A DNA stretch of 64,000 nt from Hydrolagus affinis (GCA_012026655.1 JAAILG010001223.1:1-64000); one strand, 5' to 3'; counted from the stretch's first letter, positions 11,746 to 24,520 are shown. Program-made: numbers and translations. The notes: a model not told the origin generated them from the sequence alone.

Positions 11746-13760
11746 TAGAAAAACAGTCAAATAAAAACAGTGTGGTTTTTGAATGAACAAACTTGACTTC
11801 CTCAACACGAAAACTCTCAACACTTGTTATTCGTACTAATGCAGCCTGCCCTGTTTTCCCTTGATTTTTTTTTGCCTTTTCTTACTTTCCGCCAAAAATC
11901 TATCAAACACTGGCCACAGGCCAGATTCATTGGCAATCCTCGAAGGAGAAAGAGGGTTATCCTTTTAAGTCCACAAACAAGAACCCTAGCGTTTGTGCTA
12001 AGCTCTTTACATTATAGCTTAGGCTCTCCGCCCTTATTACAATGACATCTGCACCGTGCAACTTTCTTTTCTTTTCATTCGCAGATAATGCGACTGTGTT
12101 TCACTTAACCCGTTTTATGCTTAATAGGAGCTGTCTTTTAAGATGCTCTTGAGAGTTCTTCCTTCACAGCACACCACATGGCAGTAGATCCTTATACTGT
12201 ATATAGCACATCCAGAGACACTCAAAGATCAAGTGTCAAGGGAGGGTCCCTAACCTGCTCCTCCAGGCAATGAACAACTTCACAATTTACTGTTGCTGCA
12301 CAATGCGCATTGAGGACTGAAGCAGTAAAGAGAAGGAGATAGATGAGATGATTTTTTTTAGCACCACTGCTTGTGGTTCCAACTACCAAAGGAAGAATGG
12401 ACCACATGGGTACAATAATATATTGATTGCTGTTTTCTCATTAGCATTGCATCTGTCAAAAGGAGAAGGAATAAAATATTACACAAACGCCCATTCTTCT
12501 TGCAATGCAATATGATGCCTCCCGCTATTGGTAAAGTAGATTAAAAATTTGTCTGCGTAATTTAAATAAAATATGTATTTTAACCACAGGTCTCTGGATC
12601 GTTTCTATCTAAAGACTAAATCATCAAAAGGCGGCAGGCATAATGATATAGATTGAAATGCAAATTTCAAAATAACGTTTTGATTTGAAGGAAGCCAATT
12701 TTCAACCTTTTGGAAGCAGTGTTTCTTGCAATCACTGAGCTTGACCGTCTGTTAATCAACTGAAAATTCATAGGTTTAGCATTTAATCAGCCTTCTGGTC
12801 AGGACATTCACATCGCTAGTTATTTCCATTAACCCAAATGTAAATGTTTTCTATCCCCCCCTCAAAGAATTTCTCTGTCAAACCCAAATTCAAAGTAGAT
12901 TTATTCAACGCTAGTGCATACTCCTTGCACTTGTATTTCAAAGGAAACGCTGGGAATAGCCACCACTGTGAATGTTATTGTATCTCAAGTTCCACTTATT
13001 GTTTCCTTAATTACCTATCAATAAAGACAACAAATAAACGGATGTCCTAACAATATACCCAGCAGCAACGTCCTCCCCAACCCTTCTGTTCAAAACAGGC
13101 CCACCGCACAGTGCTTTTCAGCAGCTTAACAGAACTCCAGTTTGCGACAACACGGTTGGAGCAGGGGAAAAAAAGATGCCAATCTATGAGCCAAACAGTC
13201 GAACCTGGAGGAATTGGGACTATTTGGATAGTTTTCATGTTATAATGTGACGGGATGTGTGTATATTATCAAAACATATACAGTACCAACAAGTGACATT
13301 GAGCCATTTGAGATTCAGGCTTCAAAGTGCTTTGAGTTGTGGAGCTAGAACAATAAGGAGCATTTTTTTAAATTAATTTGTTACAGCCTGGCTCAGGCAC
13401 CTCTTTCAAATATTTTCAGAGAGTGAAATTCTTTCCACCCTCCACTATCTTGGTCGCCTTCCCTATGGCAAGGAATATTTAGGGGTAAAAGAAGTGGCCT
13501 GATCCCAGCTTTTCCCAGTAATGCACTGGTCTGCAATGATGGATGTACCAGTGTACGCCTTGGAAGTGGAAATAATAGTTCTCAAAACTTACTGCTTTGC
13601 CTATTGGCAGCAGTTAACTCCATATTTAGTTAGCAGAGAAAACTACCTCAGAGGCAGGGAAATCTTGTAGATTTATTGACTTAATTGGCTTCCTGCACCA
13701 ATTAAGTGCCTTTATTTCTGCTTTCAACAGTGTGTGTTCAGTTGCTGTTTGTAGCAAAGA

Positions 13761-14080
13761 GAAGTCATTTCTGGAACTCAGTGCTTAGAGCACTCTCGCC
13801 TTACAAACTAAAGACCTGGGTTTGATTCCCGGCAGGTCAGGGCGAAACCTTGAGCAAGTTTCCTTGCACCACACGACTGATCATAATCCCTCAAAAAAAA
13901 TTGATCCTTTCAATCCATGACTGTTTGTGGAATACTGCTGTGCGCAACTGGCTGCCGCTTTTCACTGACAAATATACAATCAATTCACTTTACAGTATAT
14001 TCTGTGAAGAGCTTGAGACGTCTAGAAGATGTGAAAAGCGCTATATCAAATTCAATGATTATTACTACAGTATTATTATT
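13761..14080 (+). mobile_element. Full-length tRNA/Deu SINE (GCAGGTCAGGG subfamily)
   Basis: Head ctcagtgcttagagcactc...gggtttgattccc, with body and (TTA) tail present. Confidence 0.9.
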
Positions 14081-14096
14081 TTGGGATGAAATACTT

Positions 14097-14160
14097 TACT
14101 TTGGGACCCCCTCCTGACATGAAAGGCTCTATACAAGTGTAATTTTGTTGTTGTTGTTAT
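14097..14160 (+). mobile_element. Very short L2 3' end with (TTG)n tail, next to a SINE tail
   Basis: actttgggaccccctcctgacatgaaaggctctatacaagtgtaattttgttgttgttg. Confidence 0.7.
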
Positions 14161-15339
14161 TTACTATCAGTAGCAAAGTCACTCATAAAAAGTTTTTAAA
14201 ACAAAAAAAATACTTCCTCTATGAATAACAACTTTCCTTCTTTGAGCTTCTCACAGTAGTTTGTGGAGTGCGGTGCACCCACTTGATTTATGCAATCTCA
14301 GGAGTATTATCTTATATGGTTAACTGAAAAGAGCTTAACCAATACAGGATCCATCTCAACATTTTCATTTTTTCTTACGCTAAAAAAATGTGGAGCTGAG
14401 ACATATAAAACACAAAATGATCCTTTGATCATTTGTATAGTCAATCATTGCGACACACATTGTAAAATAAATGCAATCAGTCTAAAGCTGCGATTATATG
14501 TCCCCGTTTCCCCCCACCCCCACCCCACCCACCTTTTCCATGAAAACTCCAAGCTCTTTGGAGGAATCAGTCCACAACTGTCTAATATCCTTATTTTAAA
14601 ACTCCTATTAGAAATAGTGCGTATTAGACTCCACTGTATGAAACCCTTGTTTAATATTCAATTAATATTGCAACTCTAGCTACAAAAGTAGCACACATGA
14701 CTGATGCTAGAATTAGTATGCATTTGGGGAAAAGCTGCCGAACTATACTTCAAATAAAGACAAGTAAATGCTGAAGAATGATCAAAATCTTTCTCATTGC
14801 AAAATCGTTGATCAAATACTACAGGCTACCCTTTCATCACAGCATGAATAAAATATAGATATAGATATAAAACATACTAGTAAAGATCCCTGTAGTACCA
14901 AAGGAAAACAGATGTGCTGGGTTCTGCTTGTCAGAAGACATTTGTTTTAATGCAACTAATAGAACTCAAAACACAACCTACACAGAATTTCAAGCTACAT
15001 TTGATGAAAAGATAAAAAGGTATGGCACGTCAGGACTCAATTTGACATTCTTTGATGTGGTGTTGTAATGTGGAAAATTTGTTGTGCCAGAGTTGCCCAG
15101 GACATAAGCGATTAGACAAGAGTCACAAGGTCAGAGATCAAAGATAAACTGTTGACGTAAAAAGTTCTATTGTACACTGCCGACACAATGAGAATTGGTT
15201 AGTAAGCAATAAAATTGCACTTAGGACAAGCTTAGTAAAAGCTAATTATTTTAGAATATCTCTCTTAAAATGTACTCAGAATTTTTTTTCCCCTAACATT
15301 TGGTATAGTCCCTTTCGTGCTGGAGGATGTCTGCTTAAG

Positions 15340-15555
15340 TGGCAGCTCTTTCAGCCACTTGCAAACACTGGAACTCTCTTCCTCTTTCCCTCTTCCCTCC
15401 CCATCTTCAGATTGTGCCTGAAGACCTTCCTCTTTGACCGGGTCTACGATCACTACCCCCCTCTCCTCTGCTCACCGTCATGTTCTGCCACCATCAGGCG
15501 CTCTAAGATGCTACTCTGCAGAAGGGGCTATGTGGATGAAGTTGTTGCTGTTATT
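15340..15555 (+). mobile_element. L2 LINE 3' remnant
   Basis: tggaactctcttcct (WNSLP), ctgaagaccttcctctttgaccgg (LKTFLFDR), then a decayed tail ending gaagttgttgctgtt. Confidence 0.75.
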
Positions 15556-15594
15556 ACGTACCCTGTGTAATGTACAAGAATCATTTTGAATAAT

Positions 15595-15688
15595 ACAGTT
15601 GCCCAATTTTACTCTATATCTTATGTAGTACTTTGAGATGTCCACCCAACGTGAAAGGCGCTATATCAATGCAAGGATTATTATTATT
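15595..15688 (+). mobile_element. SINE 3' tail fragment
   Basis: actttgagatgtccacccaacgtgaaaggcgctatatcaatgcaaggattattatta. Confidence 0.7.
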
Positions 15689-16489
15689 AATCAGGCAAAG
15701 ATGGAGGGCAAAGAGGTAACAGTAAGCCTAAATATAAGCAAATGAACACTTTAGTCTAAAGTTACCACAGCATTACCACCGATCTAGCTACTGTATATGC
15801 ATAATCAAATACAGTTTGTGTTCAAAACACAAACAAAACACTTTGCGCCTTCTTAATAAATATTTGTAAATTTCTTTGATGATATTTTCATTCCTGTCAT
15901 AGCAAACCCTACCTCGGGGACTTTTCATCTGCTCTTACATGTACACAGTGCAATTATCATGCAGCAACTATTATCAGTTTTAACAAATAGTAATGGGATG
16001 CAAGTTTCTACAGTTCAGAGCACATGGCAAGTCAAGCAGAAGTAAATTAATCTGGCCTTCCTCCCTTGGTAAAAGCAGACTAGGTTTCTCATTTTAATGT
16101 AACCTATCAGAAATATTGCTCTACATGATTAAACCCAATTTCAATTGCAGCTAATTGTATTGGGCAGGCACTGAACTTTCCTTTCAAATTACCCAATCAA
16201 AAAAATAAAGGGAATAATTTAGAAGAAACCGAAATAACGAGTTGGCCATAAATTACTCAATACCTCACAAGATCAGGGCTCCTCTAAAGGTGTTTAATCC
16301 AAACCGGCATTAATGCATGCACTGACTCCCCTATGGAAACAACAATTAGATGATAAGACACTATCAAAACCATTGAAAAAGAGGGTCGAAAGGGCACAGC
16401 AAAGACATCAAGACGGGAAACAAGAGAGAATAATAATTTAAATAGAAGTACAAAATTGGTAGAAAGAATTAGAAGGGTTAGAAGTACCC

Positions 16490-16720
16490 TGGACAGCATC
16501 TGAAGGATTTAGATAGGTTGAGTAGAACCCTCCACTCTCGAAAAATGCCGGCCACACAATCTATGGTTTAGAATATAAATTATGCCAGAGAATAGTGTGT
16601 GACTCCATGGAACTTGCTGCCAATGTGCTCAAAGGCCTATACCAATAGGTAATAAGCTGTGGGCAGGCCCCTGGCTAATTTCACCAGCTACTCTGCCTTT
16701 GATGTACTGTATAGCAGAGA
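16490..16720 (+). mobile_element. Decayed CR1 LINE 3' remnant
   Basis: gaaggatttagatagg, ggccacac, cagagaatagtg...tggaacttgctgcca (QR.V..WNLLP-like) occur in CR1 C-terminal order. Confidence 0.45.
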
Positions 16721-16927
16721 ATCTACATGATTATCAGATGAATTGAATTCAGACTTCTGTGTTCAAAAAAGTATCTTTTTGCAGTTTTAAATAGTTTCTG
16801 CTCAGTACTTTAAGAATCAAAGCACTCAGCAAATCCCATTTACTTCATACCATCACTATGATTTCCTAAGAAGTAAAGATATTAAAGTTCAAAGTGCTGC
16901 TGGTTTGCTTAAACCAGATCCTGGCAC

Positions 16928-17230
16928 AATAATAATAACAATAATAATCATCTTTGCATTTGATATAGAGCTTTTCATGTCATAGATGGCTCAAAGTGCT
17001 TCACAGAATATACTGTAAAGTGAATTGACTATTTTTGTGGGCGAAGTGCAGCAGTGTCCCACAAACAGTCGTGGATTGAGGGACCAAATTACTATAATTT
17101 TTTCTCTTGAGGGATTATTATCAGATATGTGGAGTAAGGAAAATTGTCCAAGGTTTCGCCCTGCCAGGATTTAAACTCAGGTTTCTCACTTGCCAGGCGA
17201 TTGCTCTAAGCACTGAGCTACAGACTCCAC
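16928..17230 (-). mobile_element. Full-length tRNA/Deu SINE
   Basis: (aat)n tail through the head ...gctctaagcactgagctacagactccac. Confidence 0.92.
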
Positions 17231-18247
17231 ATTCTGATAAAATACTCCGCTGCTAAAGATGTACTTTCTATGCGGATTGCAAAAGCAATGACCCTTACGG
17301 TTAACAGCCAATAGTTTGTGCATCTAACAGAATGTCTTGTTTTTAGCCCTATTAACATCATACACCATGTTACAAGACAGCAAGTGGAGAGATCGAGTTG
17401 TGAAGTGTAGGGCTCAGGAAACCCAGCAGTCACTTCTGGTTTTATTGTTCTGTTTCTTGCTTCTGGTCAATCAATCACACCTGCTCTGGGTGGGGAATTA
17501 ATCCCATGTCTGAGTGACTCTCTGTAATTCAAAGCATTCATAAGATGAATAAACTTCCTTCCTTTATGTCTTTGGGAAGTATTCGGACTGTCAAGAATGT
17601 GAGCTATTAGTTGCTGACCCTTTCTAACCATCCAGACCACTGGCACTTCCATTAGTGCGAGTTCAATATGACCATCTATTCCATTATCACTTCACATTTA
17701 TCTTATTTAAATATAAATCAGTGTGTCGTTCGGCTTTCAAAGTCGACAAGCCTGCATCTCGTTTATTGTATTTTCCTGCAGTAATGTTAAATGCAAATTC
17801 AGATGGAAAATGCATTGATAGATACACAAGTTACGCACTTTTTGTTTTTTGCTTCCAATAGCCCCTTCTACCCACCCACAGGAGACACTGCATTTGCAAA
17901 CAAGCCACAGCCATTCTTAATGTTATTTACTATCAAGGGCAAAGTTTACTTTCTATACATTGCCGCTGGAGCGCTGGAAAATAGTGTTCTTAGGTAATCC
18001 TTTTTCTGATACATGTGTTTCTATGGTTACTTTCCAAGGTCATACCTCAGCAAGTTGAACCTTAAGACACACACAGACGCAAAATTGCTCCTCAAATATT
18101 CAATAGTGCTCCTGATAAATAGCTTTCGGGGAACTTTGATCATAAAAATGCTGTGTAAAACCAAGTAGCGTGTATAAATATGTGCAGTGAGTTTGAATTT
18201 TTTTTGTTAACTTCAACACTGAAATCTAGGGTTACATCCAACAGTCA

Positions 18248-18320
18248 TCAACAACAACAAAATGACATTTGTATAGCACCTTTCACTTTAGGAGGATGTC
18301 CCAATGCGCTGAAACAGTGA
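18248..18320 (-). mobile_element. Short L2 3' end
   Basis: (caa)n..catttgtatagcacctttcactttaggaggatgtcccaatgcgctg. Confidence 0.7.
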
Positions 18321-18478
18321 TCAGCAACAGGAGCACTCTTTACAGTTTACAAATGCTTGTAAAGGTCCTATCAGAATGGCAAATATCGAACAGTCCCAAA
18401 ATTAGGCAGGCCTGACGTGCTACATTCTAGTGAAATTATAGTGAAGCTGATTGCGTTTCCCTGAAACATCAATGACAC

Positions 18479-18590
18479 TAATAATAATAATAATAATCAT
18501 AATCCTTGCTTTTTTTTGGTAGTGTCCTATCAGACCTTTGAGACGTGTCAAAGCACTTCCCAGAATGTGAATTGACTGTACATTTCGTGG
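18479..18590 (-). mobile_element. SINE 3' fragment
   Basis: (aat)n ccttgc...tcaaagcacttcccagaatgtgaattgactgtacattt. Confidence 0.7.
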
Positions 18591-18739
18591 TTGAAATAAT
18601 AATGTATAATGCAAAGTGTAATCAAGCAAACACTATTTATGCCACTGTAGATACTAACACAAGGGCGCAGGGGATGAGGAGAGGAAGAACTCTGAATTTG
18701 TAATCCGCAGCCAGTTAAGCAACAACAAACTGGACTACT

Positions 18740-19140
18740 CCAATGGCCTATTGTACAGTATTGGATGAAGCGTAGCACTAAGCCACACAGATCAGGAGGT
18801 CAAAGATTGGATTCGTGAGATGTTCTGCATTCGTTGATCCTAGTTGCTCAGTTGGGCCAAGCAGGTAAACTGCTACAATTGGACTTGGTAACTCCGGGCT
18901 AAGGAGAGGTGAAAAAAAAATCTTCAAAAGTTCCCTCCCTCCCTCTCTCCTGATTGCTATCCAGTGAGCCTCGTCAGAAAGTGCATCAGTGAATGTGAAG
19001 AAAGAACAGGACTGGGCTCGGCTGTGATGACTGAGATAGGGAGCAACACATGTAGAATGACAACTTGCCATCGGGGATGCTCACATTTGTGAAACAATAC
19101 ACTCCAGCGAGAGACACCAGCTTCAGCAGGGGCTAAGGGA
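18740..19140 (+). repeat. Longest copy of the older dispersed (SINE-like) repeat family
   Basis: ctatccagtgagcctcgtcagaaagtg...acaggactgggctcggctgtgatg...gctcacat aligns by eye with 60503-60625 and with the reverse complement of 54780-54890. Confidence 0.6.
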
Positions 19141-21485
19141 ACAAAAAAACATTCTGTATATATATATATATATATATAAGACACTAATCTTTTGAAGATG
19201 ATGCTGAATAAATCAGATTGTGCCCAGATCACCTGATCCCAGTCCCAATACTAAAATGGAGCAAAAATTAGGTAGTTATGAAAAGAGTAAATTGTTCTGC
19301 TTGTCTAGCAATCTCTAGCTAGGTCACACCCAATCATTAGAATTAAAACAAATTGATGCCTTTAGCACAGTTTATAGATACTAATTGAATAGTGAAATGC
19401 ACTGAAGAACACAACATTAGTCATTTTGCTGCACTCCTGCTATTGATATGCATTTTCCTGCTATTTCATTACGAACATACTGCCTCAATACACTAATCAT
19501 ATGCTCAGTCACAGAACAATCAGTGCACTGAGCATCAGCAAGCTGTGCCCCCAGAGCTAATGCTGATAAGGTGTCTGTTCTTTTGAGTAACCTCAATTAT
19601 ATGGAAGGCATTTCATGGTCAATCCTAATGACCAAATGCTTATCACTAGCCCATCAGGTGTCAGTGCTGCCATATGGTTTAGCACTGTGTCGGCCACATT
19701 CCCTGTCGCTGCTACTGACGAGAGAAGCAATAGGCTCATGAGTAAGCAATTCATCTCTACACATTAACTGAACTAAAAGAAGATACTTTATATATTTTTT
19801 TAAAAAACCCTCATGATTGCACTGGCTGATAATGATATGCTACCATGGAGCATTTGATTAAAATAAAAGAATGTTTAACGCTCTTTGGAAACTATTCACG
19901 ATTTGCATTCGCTGTCACTTAAACAACACTTCCCTTTCATATTCTTTTGATCAACATCTATATTGCTCTCTACCCTGAAGGGGTTCCTGTCCTCTCTGGT
20001 GAATGTTTCATCAAATATCTGAAAATTGCAGCACGGCTGATGTGCAAATCACTTTAGTGAATTCAACTCAACTAAAAACCTTCATGCTGTGTGGCATCTG
20101 TACTTAAATGCTTTAAACAAAAAATGAACGTGGAATGTTTTTGAAAACGCATTTTAGTATTCTGAGAATTACGGTACATGGGACATTCTTGCTACAGTTT
20201 CATTTGGAAGTTTTTGGAATAGTGTGGTAGCTTAGTATTGAGGTGCATGAGTGAGGAACACCAGCACTGTGTATCATGGAGCACGGGGACACAGTTTCAA
20301 TTCCCGCACACCGCTTGAGCATCCAATCTCACGTGCACCGCTGTTGGGAGCTGTTCAACAGGTGACGGATGGGCAAAGTCCAATGGGAGATGCTTGGCAG
20401 CAGCCATTCCATTGCAGTCGGCTGCCCATCGGTCTCTAGGGGCTCAGATGAGATGGGCCCAGGATAGAGGAAAAGGGATGAAAAATAAAGGAAGGTAATA
20501 TACTCAATGGTGAAGCTGCAAAAATGCATAAAATATGCATAGAATTCAGGCTCGATGGCAACATTAAGCACAGATTTAAGAAAAAGTGGGTCATGATAGG
20601 CCAGCGGAAAGACTGCTTAATCTCTGAATGTTATATGCTTCACTTGAAATGAGACACCTCAGGAAAAATATAGCAGTTAAAACCTACATACAATATTTTT
20701 TCATATCCCATTAATCCTGCACTTAAGACTTTCCTGGGAACACATTTCTTACTTTGTTTCTCAGTGAATGGAGTCTGGTATAACGGTGTTATGTTCAATT
20801 CAAACGCCAATAGGATTTCCCAACAAGGATACATTTTTAAAACAAATTTTGATTTGCATTCCAATATATATATATATATATAATCAGAGTTGACAGACTC
20901 CTGTGGTTTTGTGACCTTACAGTGTCAATAGCAATTTCCGCGCTGGCGCTGTCAACCAAAAGCAAAGTGATATTTCTCCACGGGATTTCACTTTGCTTTA
21001 TGTCAGAGTCCAACTTTATTTGCTGTGGTACACCAGGCTACACAATAGTCTCTTATGCTCCAATCGCTAAAATAACAATCTTTTCATTACTTGTTAAAAT
21101 GGAATATTCTAATATATAATAAAAAATAATGTTACGATCGCTCTTTTTAGCAATCAGCGCATGATAAAATTACGATATGGAAGCCAATGTAATAGCATAC
21201 CTCCTCACTGCTGTGTCCTGATGTCGGTTCTCAATGTGCCACCTGCATCAAAAAGCTGAGATTCTAGATTGTTTCCATCTGTAGCTAAGAGGCTGCTGAT
21301 GCCATCATGTAAGAGCAATTGTCCAATTCTTAGTGTTTTACTTCGTGGTTTCTAAGCCTCCGAGATGAATTGTATTAAAATCGGGCCTGAAGAAAAACTC
21401 CTCTGGATATGCCCTTGATAATGAGAAGGCCTAGATTCCTCAGTGCCAACAATTCCATTGACTATATGTTTTTGAAATATGCGAT

Positions 21486-21610
21486 GATAATAATGATATT
21501 CCTTGCATTTGATATAGCATTTTTCATGACTTCTAAATGTCTCAAAGCACTTCACAGAATATGCTGTAAAATGAATTGACTGTATATTTGTGGGCAAAAC
21601 TCAGCAGGCA
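21486..21610 (-). mobile_element. SINE 3' part
   Basis: ccttgcatttgatatagcatttttcatgacttctaaatgtctcaaagcacttcacagaat...gtgggcaaaac. Confidence 0.85.
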
Positions 21611-22039
21611 AGTGATACATAACGTGTACTAATAGCTGCTCTAATGGCTTATGATACACCAACTAGGACCATGCTACAAGGAAGAATATGTTCTCTAAAA
21701 GTGTACAAATTGCAAGTGGTACTACAGCATAAGCTTTAACTCAACACAAATTTGAATCCATATCTTTGTCGTTAGATGCTGGCTCAGATATGCACATTGT
21801 TTGGTCTGACCCATTTGGCAAAGAGGCACAATTTCCATGCTGACCTGTAGCAATAGCCTGCAGTCATTATATCATTTCATTTCAGTGGAAAGATTGTTTG
21901 TGCAATAACTCACAAATATTTGTCAATTACAGCCTTTGTGCATTAACCCCCAAACTGAGCCCAAACTCAACACACCTGTTTGGCTGAAGCAAAAATAGCA
22001 CATTCTATAAATCTGCTAATATAAACACAGAGTGAGCCC

Positions 22040-22200
22040 GCATGCCAATCAGCATTTGAAGGAGAGGTTGAAGGAGAACTTAATATATCTGGCATGTCCC
22101 TTCTCTTGATGAAGAATCAACTGTGAATATTAACCTGACTTTATCTTTCAGATTCTAATAAACCTGCTGTGCACTTCCAGCATTTTCTGAATTTTCTGGT
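22040..22200. mobile_element. Decayed Penelope-like inverted-repeat remnant
   Basis: gatgaagaatca...attaacct...cagattct...acctgctgtgcacttccagcattttctg is the reverse-complement type of 38078-38175, with a faint opposite arm at 22050-22105. Confidence 0.5.
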
Positions 22201-22533
22201 TTGAGTTTTGTTGCAATGCAAAGACAAAGGAATGTGCTTAAAGCTTCCAGAAGTCCACAGTACAGCTTACCCTGTCCTTGCCGCCCTCCGTTCTCCAACG
22301 GTTACATTTGAACTATTCATCAATAATAGATGTGGCTCTTCAGCTTGACTGAAATGGATAAGGTTTTCCATGACTTGTTTTGTAATGGATGCAGGACTTC
22401 AGCGCACATGAAAGTCTTGCCATGAAGCCTTAGGATTTGGGCCCCCCTTATGATTCTGCAAATGGTAAGCTGCACATTTCACCAAGAGGTGGAGATGGGG
22501 GGAACAAAACGGTAGATATCCTAGCATCTGATC

Positions 22534-23105
22534 CAACAAAAACAACAACAAACGTACACTTGTATAGCGCCTTTCACGTCAGAAGGACGTACCAAGATGC
22601 TGGATAGTCATTGTTTCAGACCCGAGCTGGGGTCGGGGACGGGGCAGGCGGTGGGAAAGGGAGGGATTTGGTGTGACCAATGAGACCATCAAAGAGGAGG
22701 GTCTTGAGGCAGAATTGAAGGAGGCCAGGGAGGGGTTAAGGTGGAGGGACTGTGCAATGGAGTTGCAGAGGTTGGGTGCAGAGTGGCTGAAGGCTTGCCC
22801 ACCAATGTTGGGGCCGGTGGGTCGGGGGATGTGGAGCAAGCTGGAGCCTGCTGAGCGGAGTGGGCAGACAGGTCAGAAGGGGGTTAGAAGGTCGCAGAGG
22901 TAGGGTGGAGTGAGGCCAAGGAAGGTTTTGAACGGGAGGACCAGGATCTTGAATTGAATCCTCTGGATGATGGGGAACCAATGGAGTCGGGCGAGGATGG
23001 GGGAATTGTGGTCACGAAGCTTGGAGCAGTAGAGGATACGGACCACATAGTTCTGGATTACCTGCAGGCTATGGAGGGAGGAATTGGGAAGACCGAGAGC
23101 AACAT
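22534..23105 (-). mobile_element. L2 LINE 3' fragment (~570 bp)
   Basis: Minus-strand frames give GLPNSSLHSLQVIQN...ILARLHWFPIIQRIQFKILVL...PPYLCDLL and IGGQAFSHSAPNLCNSI, typical of the L2 ORF2 C-terminus. Terminal stem-loop and (TTG)n tail present. Confidence 0.9.
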
Positions 23106-23433
23106 GATGACCATAAAGCAACATCCAAGAGCAACATGACTGTAAAGTGGGTACCATACAGCTTTCCTTCTCTCCCAATTGCAGCCATAAAGAGAGAGGA
23201 AAATAACCATAAAATTACAATTACAAAACACCCTAACGACTTTTAAAATAATTATGCTATTAAGATCGACTCCCTAGGGTTGATCGATCCAATTGTATCG
23301 CAGATCATGATCGCTTTCATCCCAAGACAATTATTTTCTTCCTGGGGATGAACGTTTTGAGTGATCGATCGAGGAGGTATTACCAGCTCTCCTGCTTTCC
23401 TTAAACATTGGAATAAAACAATACAATTAATAC

Positions 23434-23600
23434 CTGATGAAAAAAGATGCTGCAGCAGAAGCACCAGAAGGAATCCCACCAGGTAGTAATGAATTCTGAG
23501 CCGCCGGTGTACTAGCTGCCCACGCTTGACTGACGCTGTTCTGCGGAGTCAGAGGTTCTTGAGATGAACCTTCTTTTCCACCCTCGGTCATTGTTTGCGT
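23434..23600 (-). CDS. KIF26A: KIF26A-like internal coding exon (probably exon 4), 167 bp, phase 0-2
   Basis: Translates TQTMTEGGKEG...GASAAASFFIR; AAASFFxR is a KIF26 motif. Acceptor gttttccAG at 23602-23601; donor AG|GTATTA starting at 23433. Frame continues from the previous exon. Confidence 0.92.
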
Positions 23601-24410
23601 CTGGAAAACAAAAAACAGCAAAGCACGGATGACAGACTGACTCGTGAAGCATTTTACTTGAAATCATCCTGAGTTAAGTTAGCGCCCTCACAACACGATT
23701 TCAACCAAAATTAATTAAGGTGGACAAGCATGCCCTACAATGTCCAGTATTGGAGGTTACAAATGTGAATTCACTAGACAAGCAAGAGTACAGCTAAGAG
23801 GCTTTGGTCAGAGTAATGCACGGTTAACCAGCCTGACAACCATGAAGTAATGGAGAAATATAAAACGACTCCTATTATTGCCACATATTTTATCATGCCT
23901 TTGCAGTGTTGCCTATTGTTATGAATATCTGCCATACATGGTTTCTCACTTGACGATCACCCCAGTTTTTCGATCAATGTGAACTTTGCCTCACACAAAT
24001 GTAATAAAATGAAGCAGTCTTTTTGGCAAGTAATTAGACTTTGCTGTGCTCTTTTTTGAAGAAGTTATCGTTTCATTAAATGCTGGCGAATTGGTTGCCT
24101 TTTAAAATATGCTAAATTATTAAAAGGAAAATAAAATTGTATTCCTACAGGACTGGTGTCTCTGAACAAGCTTGGATACAAGCCAGGTTAAGAGACAGCC
24201 TTACTATCTTTTAGAATTGGATACCATAGGCAGAACTAAAACAGAAATTTGATGTAATGCTACAAGCACAGTGTAACAAAGCTCTTTTTGAAATGTCAAG
24301 CAAAGTAACATGCACTGAGACACAGATTGGCAGGCACTTTTAACAGTATTTTTTTAAGTGTCTTATTGACCATACTCTTCAACACGAGCACAGCAAATTG
24401 ATCATAATAT

Positions 24411-24520
24411 TAATAGTAATTCTTGCATTTGATATTGCACCTTATCATGTCAATGAGACGTCTCAAAGCGCCTCACAGAATACACTGTAAAATCAACTGA
24501 CTGATGTTTCGTGAGCAATA
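24411..24520 (-). mobile_element. SINE 3' fragment
   Basis: cttgcatttgatattgcacc...gagacgtctcaaagcgcctcacagaatacactgtaaa. Confidence 0.75.
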
